Assembly (NCBI GenBank): GCA_013139905.1
Contig: WSZW01000008.1
Span: forward strand, 1-33,438
Direction: 5' to 3'
Source of the DNA: an archaeon
GTDB taxonomy: Archaea; EX4484-52; B79-G9
Length of the DNA stretch: 33,438 nucleotides
Of the stretch, positions 22,413 to 31,215 are shown piece after piece. The notes below the pieces were generated by a model. That model ran no database searches. It was not told the DNA's origin and was given only the letters and a program-made list of their open reading frames with translations. The position numbers were made by a program, and so were the translations under genes. Each line of letters begins with the position of its first letter. The first letter of the stretch is position 1.

Positions 22413-22763
22413 ATGTCAGTTTACATACCAATTGGATTATTTATCTGTCTTGTATCTGTGATGGTTATCCTTGTGTTTGCAGGGATAAAGACCACTGGAA
22501 TTCTATCAATATTTTCATCTCTTTTGAGCATAATGTTGGCCTTTATAAATTCAAAGATTGTAGTTAATGGTACTTTAGTTCAGAATATCGGTGGCATTGA
22601 TGGATATGACAATATTATACAAGGTGTCACACCTATAGAAATACCTGCGCTATCATATATTTTTATGTTTATAGGTTTATTCATGGTTGTGGTGTTGGCT
22701 GTCCAAGTATTAAGAGAAATCAAATTTAGAGAATCTCAAGATACAATCGAAATTGATTTATAG
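22413..22763 (+). CDS. Stand-alone copy of the giant protein's C-terminal 3-helix membrane-anchor module (116 aa)
   Basis: TGAGGATT SD lies upstream. About two-thirds of residues are identical to the last 116 aa of 17484..22403 (..NGTLVQNIGGI..IQGVTPIEIPALSYI..VQVLREIKFRESQDTIEIDL). Confidence 0.8.
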   Translation: MSVYIPIGLFICLVSVMVILVFAGIKTTGILSIFSSLLSIMLAFINSKIVVNGTLVQNIGGIDGYDNIIQGVTPIEIPALSYIFMFIGLFMVVVLAVQVLREIKFRESQDTIEIDL

Positions 22764-22764
22764 A

Positions 22765-22777
22765 AAATGATATATAC
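22765..22777 (+). promoter_or_regulatory. TATA-like promoter (leaderless geometry)
   Basis: AAAATGATATATAC lies about 26 nt upstream of ATG 22799. Confidence 0.4.
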
Positions 22778-22798
22778 AGTTAAAACCAATTTATTACT

Positions 22799-23050
22799 AT
22801 GACTGCTGGTATGAATAAAGTTTTGACTTTGGCTTTGATTATCGGAATGCTAATGGCCGGTACAATCTTTTTTCAGGGCGCCGTAAGTGCGACGGATGAA
22901 AATATTGATATGAGCGGTTCAGATTATGAAGGTGTGCACAACACATCTACAATAGTTAGCATCCAGTCACTTTCTATGATGAATATTATCATGTTAATTG
23001 TTGCGGTTATGGGTGTGGTTGTAGCAATCAAAGCCTTCAGCAACGTTTAA
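22799..23050 (+). CDS. Small two-helix membrane protein (83 aa), capsid/envelope-protein-like
   Basis: N- and C-terminal hydrophobic helices. The C-terminal ..VVAIKAFSNV resembles the tails of 23141.. and 23855... Confidence 0.6.
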   Translation: MTAGMNKVLTLALIIGMLMAGTIFFQGAVSATDENIDMSGSDYEGVHNTSTIVSIQSLSMMNIIMLIVAVMGVVVAIKAFSNV

Positions 23051-23140
23051 GTAACACATAAATACTTTTAAATTAAATATACTCAACATGATAGAATTTG
23101 TATTTTGATCTATCTTTGATTTAGAGGAGGTGAAAAACAC

Positions 23141-23734
23141 ATGGTAAACGCTAAAATGGTTGTAGTTATTACTGTTGCTGCACTTGTTATTCTGGTTCTG
23201 CTTGCCGTCGCTCCTATGATTGGCAGTACCATTGATGATGTATCGAATATCCAAGACAATGTACAAGCAACTGGAACTCTAACATTTACTGGCGCATCTG
23301 CTGTAAATAACATTGTGAATATTAGTACCGAAACGTACACATTTACTAACGGGACTGGCGGTGCATTTAATGTTGATGTTGGTTCTGATGCCGGAAATGC
23401 AACATATTCTAATAGTCAGTTGGTTGCTGAGATAACTGCCAACAGCACACTGGTTACAGCTGTAGATAATACGGATGATTCTCTGACTGTAACATCTGTA
23501 CTATCCGGTACTGCTGGTAACGCATACGGTACGACTGATAACCTCACGAACGCCGCATGGGGTGCAACAACCTTAACTGGCGGAATAGATGGATCTGATT
23601 GGAACAGCAATGCAAACTCAGATTTGAATAGTCCTGCACAGTCATGGATAACATTTGTTGGTTTGATTGTTCTTGCGTTCTTGGCTGTTATAATCGGTCT
23701 TGTAATCAGAGCATTCAAAGGCATGGGTGAATGA
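23141..23734 (+). CDS. Two-helix virion protein paralogue with a T/S/N/G/A-rich central insertion (197 aa)
   Basis: GGAGGTGA SD lies upstream. The N-terminal helix MVNAKMVVVITVAALVILVLLAVAPMIGSTI and C-terminal helix SWITFVGLIVLAFLAVIIGLVIRAFKGMGE nearly match the next gene. Confidence 0.8.
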   Translation: MVNAKMVVVITVAALVILVLLAVAPMIGSTIDDVSNIQDNVQATGTLTFTGASAVNNIVNISTETYTFTNGTGGAFNVDVGSDAGNATYSNSQLVAEITANSTLVTAVDNTDDSLTVTSVLSGTAGNAYGTTDNLTNAAWGATTLTGGIDGSDWNSNANSDLNSPAQSWITFVGLIVLAFLAVIIGLVIRAFKGMGE

Positions 23735-23751
23735 TACCAAATTTCACCCAA

Positions 23752-23763
23752 TTTTCTTTTTTT
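23752..23763 (+). terminator. Oligo-T tract
   Basis: TTTTCTTTTTTT lies 18 nt after the stop of 23141..23734. Confidence 0.4.
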
Positions 23764-23764
23764 C

Positions 23765-23780
23765 AAAAACCTTTAAATAG
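23765..23780 (+). promoter_or_regulatory. Canonical-looking archaeal BRE/TATA (AAAAACCTTTAAATAG)
   Basis: It lies upstream of 23855..24124, which has a leader with a GGAGGTGA SD. Confidence 0.5.
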
Positions 23781-23854
23781 TTTTAATTTCAATTATAGAT
23801 TATGATAGAAACCCATACTTTATCTATCTCCATTTTACGGGAGGTGAAAAACAC

Positions 23855-24124
23855 ATGGTAAACGCTAAAACTGTAGTAAGCTTAACCATCGCCGCTGTTG
23901 TTATTATTGTTCTTTTGGCTGTTGCTCCTATGATTGGATCAACTATTGAAGAAACTTATACCGTAACCGACACTTCAACTGACGGATGGAATAGAGCAAA
24001 CAACACAGATCTGACATCTCCTGCAGACTCATGGATAACTTTTGTAGGCTTGATTGTCCTGGCATTCCTTGCAGTGATCATAGGAATTGTCATCAAGGCA
24101 TTCGCCGGAATGGGTGAGAAATAA
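23855..24124 (+). CDS. Putative major capsid/virion protein: 89 aa, two hydrophobic helices (as in spindle-shaped/pleomorphic archaeal virus MCPs)
   Basis: Strong GGAGGTGA SD. The size and two-helix topology match fusellovirus/His1-type MCPs. It is a tandem paralogue of 23141... Confidence 0.7.
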   Translation: MVNAKTVVSLTIAAVVIIVLLAVAPMIGSTIEETYTVTDTSTDGWNRANNTDLTSPADSWITFVGLIVLAFLAVIIGIVIKAFAGMGEK

Positions 24125-24142
24125 CCACTTCTGTATTGACAG

Positions 24143-24164
24143 GTGGGTGATTAATTTCACCCAC
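24143..24164 (+). terminator. 8-bp hairpin after capsid-like gene
   Basis: GTGGGTGA-TTAATT-TCACCCAC. Confidence 0.4.
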
Positions 24165-24264
24165 TTAAACACCTTCTATTTTCACATGGTTTTTTAACAA
24201 TAGTATATTTGCTATATTTGAACATATAGTTTTCTATGATTTATAGATATTTCTATGAGTTCAA

Positions 24265-24278
24265 TACTTTTATATACT
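24265..24278 (+). promoter_or_regulatory. TATA-like promoter of the 24.3-27.5 kb operon (leaderless geometry)
   Basis: ACTTTTATATACT lies about 25 nt upstream of ATG 24299. Confidence 0.45.
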
Positions 24279-24298
24279 ATCAAGTAAAATATAATACT

Positions 24299-24526
24299 AT
24301 GACTGAATTTAGAGGGGTTACAATTACAGACGACCATCAACAATTTCTAAAAGAAAACAACATCAATTTATCTACCTTTGTACAAAACTCAATAGATCAT
24401 GCCAGATGTAAACACATTGTGACACTTAGACCAGACCAACAGAAATGGATTGAATCGCGTCACACAAACATTAATTTATTGCTTATGGATGCTATTGATG
24501 CGGAGATGAAGAACAATGGACGATGA
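24299..24526 (+). CDS. Tandem ribbon-helix-helix protein (75 aa)
   Basis: Two internal repeats: GVTITDDHQQFLKENNINLSTFVQNSIDH and IVTLRPDQQKWIESRHTNINLLLMDAIDA. The track start 24236 lies upstream of the TATA. Confidence 0.55.
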   Translation: MTEFRGVTITDDHQQFLKENNINLSTFVQNSIDHARCKHIVTLRPDQQKWIESRHTNINLLLMDAIDAEMKNNGR

Positions 24527-25058
24527 AGATTATGAGCCAGAAGAACCAGAAACGATAGATGATGATGGTTATGACGATGCCCCGGAAACATCATCATATT
24601 TCAATTCATCGTTTGAACGACCCGATTTACAGAATGCCCACCGGTTAAGATCAACCCCCTTTAAAGAAGAGGCGAAACAATGTATAGCAACCGGCAATTT
24701 GTACCCACGAACAAAACGGGCATTGAATGTGTTTATTAATCAGTATCTATCTGAAATGTCTTTGCTGTCAAATTATCGAGATGAAAATATAGCACTGTTA
24801 GATTTTGATATTGCTATGATACGAATGGTCCCAAATTATTATCCTTCTGATAGAAAAAACCCATTGTTATCACACATTGAAGAGCAGTTAAGATCACATG
24901 TAAAATCAATATTTACTAGATCAACAGGCCAAGACAGGGAAAGGTTACTTAACATGAAACAAACAGTGGAAACCAGGAATGTTAAAAGCATGGATGATGT
25001 AGGTAGAATAAAAGTCAATGCACCGAAAAGAAAAAGTTTACTGGATGGAGTGATTTAA
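24516..25058 (+). CDS. Hypothetical protein with acidic N-terminus (180 aa)
   Basis: Overlapping start/stop with neighbouring genes. DDEDYEPEEPETIDDDGYDD. Confidence 0.6.
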   Translation: MDDEDYEPEEPETIDDDGYDDAPETSSYFNSSFERPDLQNAHRLRSTPFKEEAKQCIATGNLYPRTKRALNVFINQYLSEMSLLSNYRDENIALLDFDIAMIRMVPNYYPSDRKNPLLSHIEEQLRSHVKSIFTRSTGQDRERLLNMKQTVETRNVKSMDDVGRIKVNAPKRKSLLDGVI

Positions 25059-25886
25059 ATGGAAATATTATTGAATTTAAATATATTAATCGGATTGGGT
25101 GTGGCATTTTTAATCCTTGCTTTAATTTCATATTTTGGAATAAACTTTTACTTAACTGTAAAAAAGCAAGCACCTTCAATCCTTGTGTTCCGAAAAGCTT
25201 ATAAAGAAAACAAACCCGTGATTGAAATAGAAGATGGTGCTGGCAATGTTACACATTTTGTTGGGGTAAAAGATAAAAAATGGGATGTAGAATTTAACAA
25301 AAAAGACTTTGGGTTGAAGATTGATCCTATGTATTCTACGATATCGCCTAGCGAGAGATTACCAAAAGGAGTTCCATTATATCGCTATAGAATTAACCTA
25401 CACTTTCCTGTTGATGCCAGAGGGGCACATGGACTGATTACGCTAATTCATCACATCCGTACAACCCAGGAGTATGAAATACTCAACAATATCAAAGACG
25501 ATATGACATTGATAGAACTTATTGATATGGATGCTGATGATTTGGGTGAGTCGTTGGTCATGAAAATGAAAGAGTATGATCCCAACTTTGATGAAGACGA
25601 AAACGGCAACCAAGTAATTGATATGGTTGATGCAATAGAAGCAGTGAAAAATGAATTGCCATCACTCAAAATCAAATCTGAACGGCTATCCATATCCGAT
25701 GCACTGAAATACATTCCAACAGCATTTACATCTCAGGACCTTAACAAAGTGTTGCAGATGGTTGAATTTAGAGCAAAGCAAGAAAGTGGTTTTGAATCTA
25801 AAATCATGACTTATGCCATTGGTGGTGCAATTGTGATTGCTACGTTTGGATTGATGATATATGTGTTGAATGGCCAAGGGATATGA
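25059..25886 (+). CDS. Membrane protein (275 aa) with N- and C-terminal TM helices
   Basis: The ATG abuts the upstream stop. Hydrophobic termini are present. Confidence 0.65.
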   Translation: MEILLNLNILIGLGVAFLILALISYFGINFYLTVKKQAPSILVFRKAYKENKPVIEIEDGAGNVTHFVGVKDKKWDVEFNKKDFGLKIDPMYSTISPSERLPKGVPLYRYRINLHFPVDARGAHGLITLIHHIRTTQEYEILNNIKDDMTLIELIDMDADDLGESLVMKMKEYDPNFDEDENGNQVIDMVDAIEAVKNELPSLKIKSERLSISDALKYIPTAFTSQDLNKVLQMVEFRAKQESGFESKIMTYAIGGAIVIATFGLMIYVLNGQGI

Positions 25887-26230
25887 TCAACGACAGACCA
25901 GACAAGTTTCAACGCACCCCAATGAAGGAGGCCATAGAACGCATATACTTGGAAGCAACCACTGTAAGCAACTCACTACGCAACATATTGATGTGTAGGT
26001 GTCCTGGAGCGAAAGAGATTGAGTATAGAAAGTTCAATACAGCCTTTGGATATTTGTTCGATATCACCCATCACAAAAAAGACCTAAATAAAGAGTTAAT
26101 AAATAGATGTCAAAAATGGTCTTTGACGCCACGGTCAACAGCATCAAAAAATAATATAATTGGTGGATTGAAATTGTACGATGAGTATGTTGCAGAACTA
26201 TTTCGATTGAAGGTGTTAACATATGATTGA
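25883..26230 (+). CDS. Hypothetical protein (115 aa)
   Basis: ATGA overlap with the upstream gene. Confidence 0.6.
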   Translation: MINDRPDKFQRTPMKEAIERIYLEATTVSNSLRNILMCRCPGAKEIEYRKFNTAFGYLFDITHHKKDLNKELINRCQKWSLTPRSTASKNNIIGGLKLYDEYVAELFRLKVLTYD

Positions 26231-26591
26231 AAATATTTTAGAATTATCATTGCCGCAGGAAGATGCGGATATGTCATTCAAAGCAACATTGTTTTATTAC
26301 TATCGTATGATGGCAAATGTTGTTATTGATGCCAAAGGTGCCGATGACTATAGAATTGAAATGCTGACTAAACTGGCAATTGCTTCTATACCGGGGGAAG
26401 AATACCGAGAAGAAATGGAAAAATATATGAATGGAATAATTGATGAAAAACTTGCAGAAATGAACTCCCCCTCCACAGATGAAACAAACCGAATAAGGGT
26501 AGATGCGTGCATGAAAGCAATGGGGTGTGTAAGTGATTATCTTGATAAATTTGAAGGATTGACACATCGACTGGAAGTGAATTTAGAATGA
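26223..26591 (+). CDS. Hypothetical helical protein (122 aa)
   Basis: Overlapping starts/stops with both neighbours. Confidence 0.6.
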   Translation: MIENILELSLPQEDADMSFKATLFYYYRMMANVVIDAKGADDYRIEMLTKLAIASIPGEEYREEMEKYMNGIIDEKLAEMNSPSTDETNRIRVDACMKAMGCVSDYLDKFEGLTHRLEVNLE

Positions 26592-27484
26592 GTTTCTCAT
26601 TATCAAAACACTTCGCAGAAACCATCACAAGTGATTTTAACCAACATGTGTCTATGGTTACGGTCGGGCACACTGGGTCGGGTAAAAGCAATGCGAATTT
26701 GAGATTGGGTTATAATGTTGCGTGTGAAGTAGCTAAAATCAAAGGTGGTAAATGGCAGGATTATTTCAACATAGATCACATTGCCATAATCACAAGAGAA
26801 GAGATAATGCGTGTGATGCAAGTCAATAGAAAATACTCTGTTATTTTACTGGATGATATAGGAGTTGGAATGTCAGCACGTAACTGGAATAAAGAAGAGA
26901 ATAAACTATTGAATGAAATCATACAGACATTTAGAACTGACAACACGTGTTTGCTGTTAACACTTCCAGACACGTTCATGTTGGATAAGATCCCTAGACA
27001 CCTAAGCCATTGGTTTTGTGAAATGGACACATCAATCTTCGAAAAGAACGTATCAATTGCTAAAGTATTTCAATTGATGAATCAGCCACGGTCGGGTAAA
27101 ATGTTTTATAAGTATCCACGAACCGCCGGACATGCAAAATCTATTCGAACTATATTTAGAATGGCACCGGACGAGATACGAATTCCATATGAAGAAAAAC
27201 GCACACAGATTGCCAAGGAACTTAAAGACGATAGAATGGGAGCATATCAAAATTTAATGGATAAGTATGAAGCTGAGAAAAATGGTGACGTGATATTATC
27301 TAAAAAAGAATTGAAGAAACAAGACTCAATAAACAAATCAATTCAAGTGTTAGAATTGATAAAGGATAAACAATCACAAGGTATAAAAATAACTCAGGTG
27401 AAAGCATGTGGTGTGATTGGAATTTCACCAAGTACTTTTAGTGATTATAAGTATGATCTTGATAAAGAAGGGGTGTTAAGTTAA
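26588..27484 (+). CDS. P-loop NTPase with C-terminal HTH (morphogenesis/packaging- or replication-type viral ATPase)
   Basis: Walker A GHTGSGKS. Walker B SVILLDDIG. C-terminal VKACGVIGISPSTFSDY is HTH-like. Confidence 0.75.
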   Translation: MSFSLSKHFAETITSDFNQHVSMVTVGHTGSGKSNANLRLGYNVACEVAKIKGGKWQDYFNIDHIAIITREEIMRVMQVNRKYSVILLDDIGVGMSARNWNKEENKLLNEIIQTFRTDNTCLLLTLPDTFMLDKIPRHLSHWFCEMDTSIFEKNVSIAKVFQLMNQPRSGKMFYKYPRTAGHAKSIRTIFRMAPDEIRIPYEEKRTQIAKELKDDRMGAYQNLMDKYEAEKNGDVILSKKELKKQDSINKSIQVLELIKDKQSQGIKITQVKACGVIGISPSTFSDYKYDLDKEGVLS

Positions 27485-27635
27485 ACGGAACGAGGTTAAA
27501 CCACCGATATAGTATAATCAACCACGCCATCAAGAATATCGAAAATTTTGATTGAATGCGCTAACCTAAGCGACATTACGGTGATAAAATAAGAAATAGA
27601 TAGTAAAGTATACTGCAAAACAATGGAGAAAACAA

Positions 27636-27926
27636 ATGAATGATGAAACATACATAACCTGGCACAAATCAACCGGTAAGTTTGGGGTAGATATGGGATT
27701 CATGTCTAAGATGGAAGCCACTGAACTTTTCAAACAACTCAAAGATCAAAGTATTTCCCGTGATGAAGCTGTTGCTCTTATATGTAACAGTGATCTTGAT
27801 GATATCGAAAAGGTGGTTGTGGCTGTGAATATCGGTGAATGGAATAATGCACACACACCGTGGTATAGTAAAGTAAAAAAGTATTTTGCTGAGAGGTTAA
27901 GATATGAAACAACACACACTAAGTAA
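27636..27926 (+). CDS. Hypothetical protein (96 aa)
   Basis: GGAGA lies before the ATG. Confidence 0.55.
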   Translation: MNDETYITWHKSTGKFGVDMGFMSKMEATELFKQLKDQSISRDEAVALICNSDLDDIEKVVVAVNIGEWNNAHTPWYSKVKKYFAERLRYETTHTK

Positions 27927-28065
27927 AATAGCGGATGGTATATTATTGGCAGGAATGGGCTTGGTTATAGTAGTGTTCATTTACGGATCGTTTTTTATGA
28001 CTTAATGAACACAACAAATTTATATTACTTAAGCACATTTACTTAACTATAATCTGGTAATTATC

Positions 28066-28326
28066 ATGGTAGCTTATGGATCATTCATCGTGCTTTTGTT
28101 TATAGTGATGGCAGGGATACTAACCATTGTATTTGCGCCGATGGTCAACCAGACAACCGAGATAGTAAACGATGAGATATCGGATGGTGAAATGTCCACT
28201 ACGTATGTTATGTGGTTTAATCTAATTGTAGGGTTTGCCAAGGCTATTCCGATATTTGCATTGATTGGTGTTACCGGATGGGCAATCGTGAGAGCTTTAG
28301 AAAAACGCAATTCAGAGGGAGTATAA
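28066..28326 (+). CDS. Two-helix membrane protein (86 aa)
   Basis: Hydrophobic helices lie at both ends. Confidence 0.6.
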   Translation: MVAYGSFIVLLFIVMAGILTIVFAPMVNQTTEIVNDEISDGEMSTTYVMWFNLIVGFAKAIPIFALIGVTGWAIVRALEKRNSEGV

Positions 28327-28327
28327 A

Positions 28328-28654
28328 ATGTCACAACCACGATCACTATTAAACGGGTTTTTAATAATGTTTGTAGGCATTGCCATATCATTGATGTTAA
28401 TAGCGACTGTGGGACAACTTGGCGACAAAGCCATAACTATCCTGGCCGACATTGGTATGTTCGCCGTCAGTGCGGATTGGGCCGAAAGCATTAGTTCAGT
28501 TTATACATTCCAAAGTTTTCTATTCTTTTTGTGTGCGCTCCCTGCAATAAGTGGGGTAGTTATATTCATTCTATCGGCTGTTCGGAGACAAAGGTTTGAT
28601 GTTGAAGTAGAACCACAGCAGGATTTCACGGCACAGTATGAAGGTGGTTTGTAA
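28328..28654 (+). CDS. Multi-helix membrane protein (108 aa)
   Basis: GAGGGAG SD lies upstream. Three hydrophobic helices are present. Confidence 0.6.
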   Translation: MSQPRSLLNGFLIMFVGIAISLMLIATVGQLGDKAITILADIGMFAVSADWAESISSVYTFQSFLFFLCALPAISGVVIFILSAVRRQRFDVEVEPQQDFTAQYEGGL

Positions 28655-30763
28655 ATGGCAGTAACAGATATTAGGGATATATATCGTGGTCCTGGCACAG
28701 GCCCAGGTGCTCCAGTTAGTCCTATTAGAGAACATGTTGAAAAAAGGACGTATGATAAACCAAAAGTAACTCGTGGTCGAGATCCAAGAGCAAGAATCAG
28801 AATAAAGCGACGCGTAGTCACTTCAATAAAACAATTACCCACGTCTAAACAGGTGTTGTTTGTAAAAAGAGAAGCTACTCGGGTACATCAAGAAATTAAA
28901 AAACAAACACGTAAAATCCCAACACTTCAAGACATTGGTATGGCGGGATACAAGTATGGTAAAGCACACCCCAATTCTGCCAGATTGATATATAACGCAC
29001 TTGATGCACAGGCCAAGATCATCCGAAAGATTGTTCCAAAGGAAGCGGGGATTCCAGTCGGAAAAGCAATGTTTGCATTTTCAGATGGTGCAATAAAAGG
29101 CATTAGAAACGAACCGGTTAAAACACTGGCATTCTTTGCATTGCCAGGGGTTGCCGGAGTAGCTATAAAAGGAGCAAGATACATTCCTATTGCAAGCAAA
29201 ATGGTTAAATCAGAAAAGGCCATGAAAGCCGCCTCACATATATTTAATTTGGCATATACTCATAATGTTTTCACACGGGTAAATGCTCCCGTGCTTGGTT
29301 CGTATAAAGACGGCAAGACCACAGAAACACGTGAAACCTTACCTGATGGTTCTATAAGAGTAACTACAAAAACCGAACAGATCCCAGTAATGCGAAAACC
29401 AACATTAAGCGAAAAATCTGAACGGCTGGGTTATATATTTTCAACCGAAGCAGCCCCCATAGTGGGTGGTGCAAAGGTAGCATCTAGTATAAGCAAAGTT
29501 AAATTTGATAAACTAAGCCGAACCGCAAAACCAACAATTAAAACCACCTTTGAAACCATCGGTAAAGTCACAAAAGCCAAAGCACAAACATTGAAAACAA
29601 AAGCAAGCGCATCAAAAAATAGATTTAATCAAATTAGAAAACAAAAACTGCCTTCAAAACAAGTACGATTATTCAAAAAAATAAGATCTAAAGAGGTGGA
29701 GTTAATCTTTGAGTCAAATCCATCTAAAAGAACAAAACTAGGAAACGAATTAAAATCATTGAATCGGCAGATACAAAAGGAAGTATCGAAATCTGAATCA
29801 GTAATTAGTCTTAAACTTCAAAATAAAAGAGTTGAATTGTTAAAAACCACAAGTGTATCAAAGACAAGAACAATAAAAAAAGAAATATCACTATTAGAAA
29901 AACAATTATATAAATCCAGAACACCGACCTTGAATCGTATTTTAAATGCTCATAGAAAATTCCTAGCAGATGAAACTGGAACGTTATTACCAGAAATGAA
30001 ACCAGTTGTAATACCAATACCAAAAAAAGCAAAAGTTCAAACTGTAACAACACAAGAGCATATAAAACCACTCACGGAACAGCTAAATAAGATACAGGTT
30101 GCTACAAAAATAAATCTTGATATTAAGCCAAAAAAGGTAACAAAATTATCAACCGTTTCTGATCTACCTAGTGGAACTATAAAGATTAGCACAATTGAAT
30201 CACAATTAAAAGTACAAGCAAAGATGCCAGGACCACTTATAAAACAAGTGAGATCAATTAAAACAGATATAAAAAAGTTTAATTTGGTGACTTCTGAGGT
30301 AAAAACAAGCGTGGTTAAGTTAAACAAGATGAAAAACGAAGTTAAAGGACTAAAAGGCAAATCTAAACAGTTATTATCTAACAGGATAAGAGCATTTGAA
30401 AGAGTTATAAACAATCAATATAAAAACAGAGAAAAGATATCAATTAGAATAATTAGAAACATTAAAACATACAAAGCATCTAAAGTTTATAAAGAATATT
30501 TAGCGTCGGTTAAACCAGCCATCAAACAAAAAGTGGTTACGAAACCAAAGGTAATAACAAAAATAAAAGTAGTTACTAAACCGAAAGTTAAACCAAAACC
30601 CAAACCTAAAGTTAAACCGGTGCCAGTTCCTAAAATACTACCTGTACGTGTTCCTATAAAACGAAAAGTAAAACCAAAAAAGAAAAAGAAAATGACTAGC
30701 GCACAGTATAGAGACTGGTTTGTAAATAACGAAATTCCAACACTAAAATCATTGTATGGATGA
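28655..30763 (+). CDS. 702-aa lysine-rich coiled-coil protein with hydrophobic N-terminal region and C-terminal KP-repeat tail
   Basis: The long ORF abuts the upstream stop. The tail reads KPKVITKIKVVTKPKVKPKPKPKVKPVPVPKILPVRVPIKRKVKPKKKKK. Confidence 0.75.
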   Translation: MAVTDIRDIYRGPGTGPGAPVSPIREHVEKRTYDKPKVTRGRDPRARIRIKRRVVTSIKQLPTSKQVLFVKREATRVHQEIKKQTRKIPTLQDIGMAGYKYGKAHPNSARLIYNALDAQAKIIRKIVPKEAGIPVGKAMFAFSDGAIKGIRNEPVKTLAFFALPGVAGVAIKGARYIPIASKMVKSEKAMKAASHIFNLAYTHNVFTRVNAPVLGSYKDGKTTETRETLPDGSIRVTTKTEQIPVMRKPTLSEKSERLGYIFSTEAAPIVGGAKVASSISKVKFDKLSRTAKPTIKTTFETIGKVTKAKAQTLKTKASASKNRFNQIRKQKLPSKQVRLFKKIRSKEVELIFESNPSKRTKLGNELKSLNRQIQKEVSKSESVISLKLQNKRVELLKTTSVSKTRTIKKEISLLEKQLYKSRTPTLNRILNAHRKFLADETGTLLPEMKPVVIPIPKKAKVQTVTTQEHIKPLTEQLNKIQVATKINLDIKPKKVTKLSTVSDLPSGTIKISTIESQLKVQAKMPGPLIKQVRSIKTDIKKFNLVTSEVKTSVVKLNKMKNEVKGLKGKSKQLLSNRIRAFERVINNQYKNREKISIRIIRNIKTYKASKVYKEYLASVKPAIKQKVVTKPKVITKIKVVTKPKVKPKPKPKVKPVPVPKILPVRVPIKRKVKPKKKKKMTSAQYRDWFVNNEIPTLKSLYG

Positions 30764-30776
30764 GGATGTGATATTA

Positions 30777-30929
30777 ATGGTTAAGAGAACAAAAAGACTT
30801 AGCAAGTATTATGTAACTACTAAACTTTCAACTAAATCAAGACAGTTAGATCATGACGATGCAAAAATGCTGAGAACAGCCATAAAGATGAGAAATCCAA
30901 AGGCCGTTGTTAATATTACCAGGGCCTAA
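30777..30929 (+). CDS. 50-aa basic mini-protein
   Basis: GAGGATGTGAT SD lies upstream. ORF read by eye (MVKRTKRLSKYYV...). Confidence 0.4.
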   Translation: MVKRTKRLSKYYVTTKLSTKSRQLDHDDAKMLRTAIKMRNPKAVVNITRA

Positions 30930-30933
30930 TATC

Positions 30934-31161
30934 ATGGCTAAAAAGTTCATCAAAAAGGCAGCCTTGAAGAAAGGAGCATTAAGTAGACAACTTGGAATAC
31001 CTGAAAAAGATAATATACCATCCACTCTGCTTGAGAAGATCCGTAAAACTGAGATTGGTAAAATATGTAAAAATCCCACAAAGTCGGGCAGGCAAGAGAT
31101 CAAAGTCACAAAAAAGCTAAAAAATCGAGCGGTCTTAGCACTTACAATGAAACGCTTCTGA
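30934..31161 (+). CDS. Small basic protein (75 aa)
   Basis: ATG 30934 (MAKKFIKKAALKKGALSRQLGIPEKD...). The track TTG start 30907 overlaps the previous ORF. Confidence 0.55.
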   Translation: MAKKFIKKAALKKGALSRQLGIPEKDNIPSTLLEKIRKTEIGKICKNPTKSGRQEIKVTKKLKNRAVLALTMKRF

Positions 31162-31215
31162 ATCGTGCGCCGAACATATGGGGTATTTGTGCTTAAAACA
31201 TAGCTTGGCACATAG

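Larger units (their letters stand above)
2804..31161. mobile_element. Archaeal virus/provirus- or plasmid-like element (recombinase, cassette array, replication, virion/morphogenesis modules); true boundaries not determined
   Basis: Serine recombinase, SF3 helicase plus iteron origin, small two-helix capsid-like proteins, P-loop NTPase and a giant glycoprotein occur together. Nearly all genes are co-directional. No att duplication or tRNA target was found. Confidence 0.5.

Noticed and set aside
25451-27250. Minus-strand ORFs across the 24.3-27.5 kb operon (25451..25714, 25686..25877, 26274..26567, 26386..26691, 26603..26821, 26776..27030, 27053..27250)
   Set aside because: All are antisense to tightly coupled + strand genes with overlapping stops and starts, and none has promoter or RBS signals.
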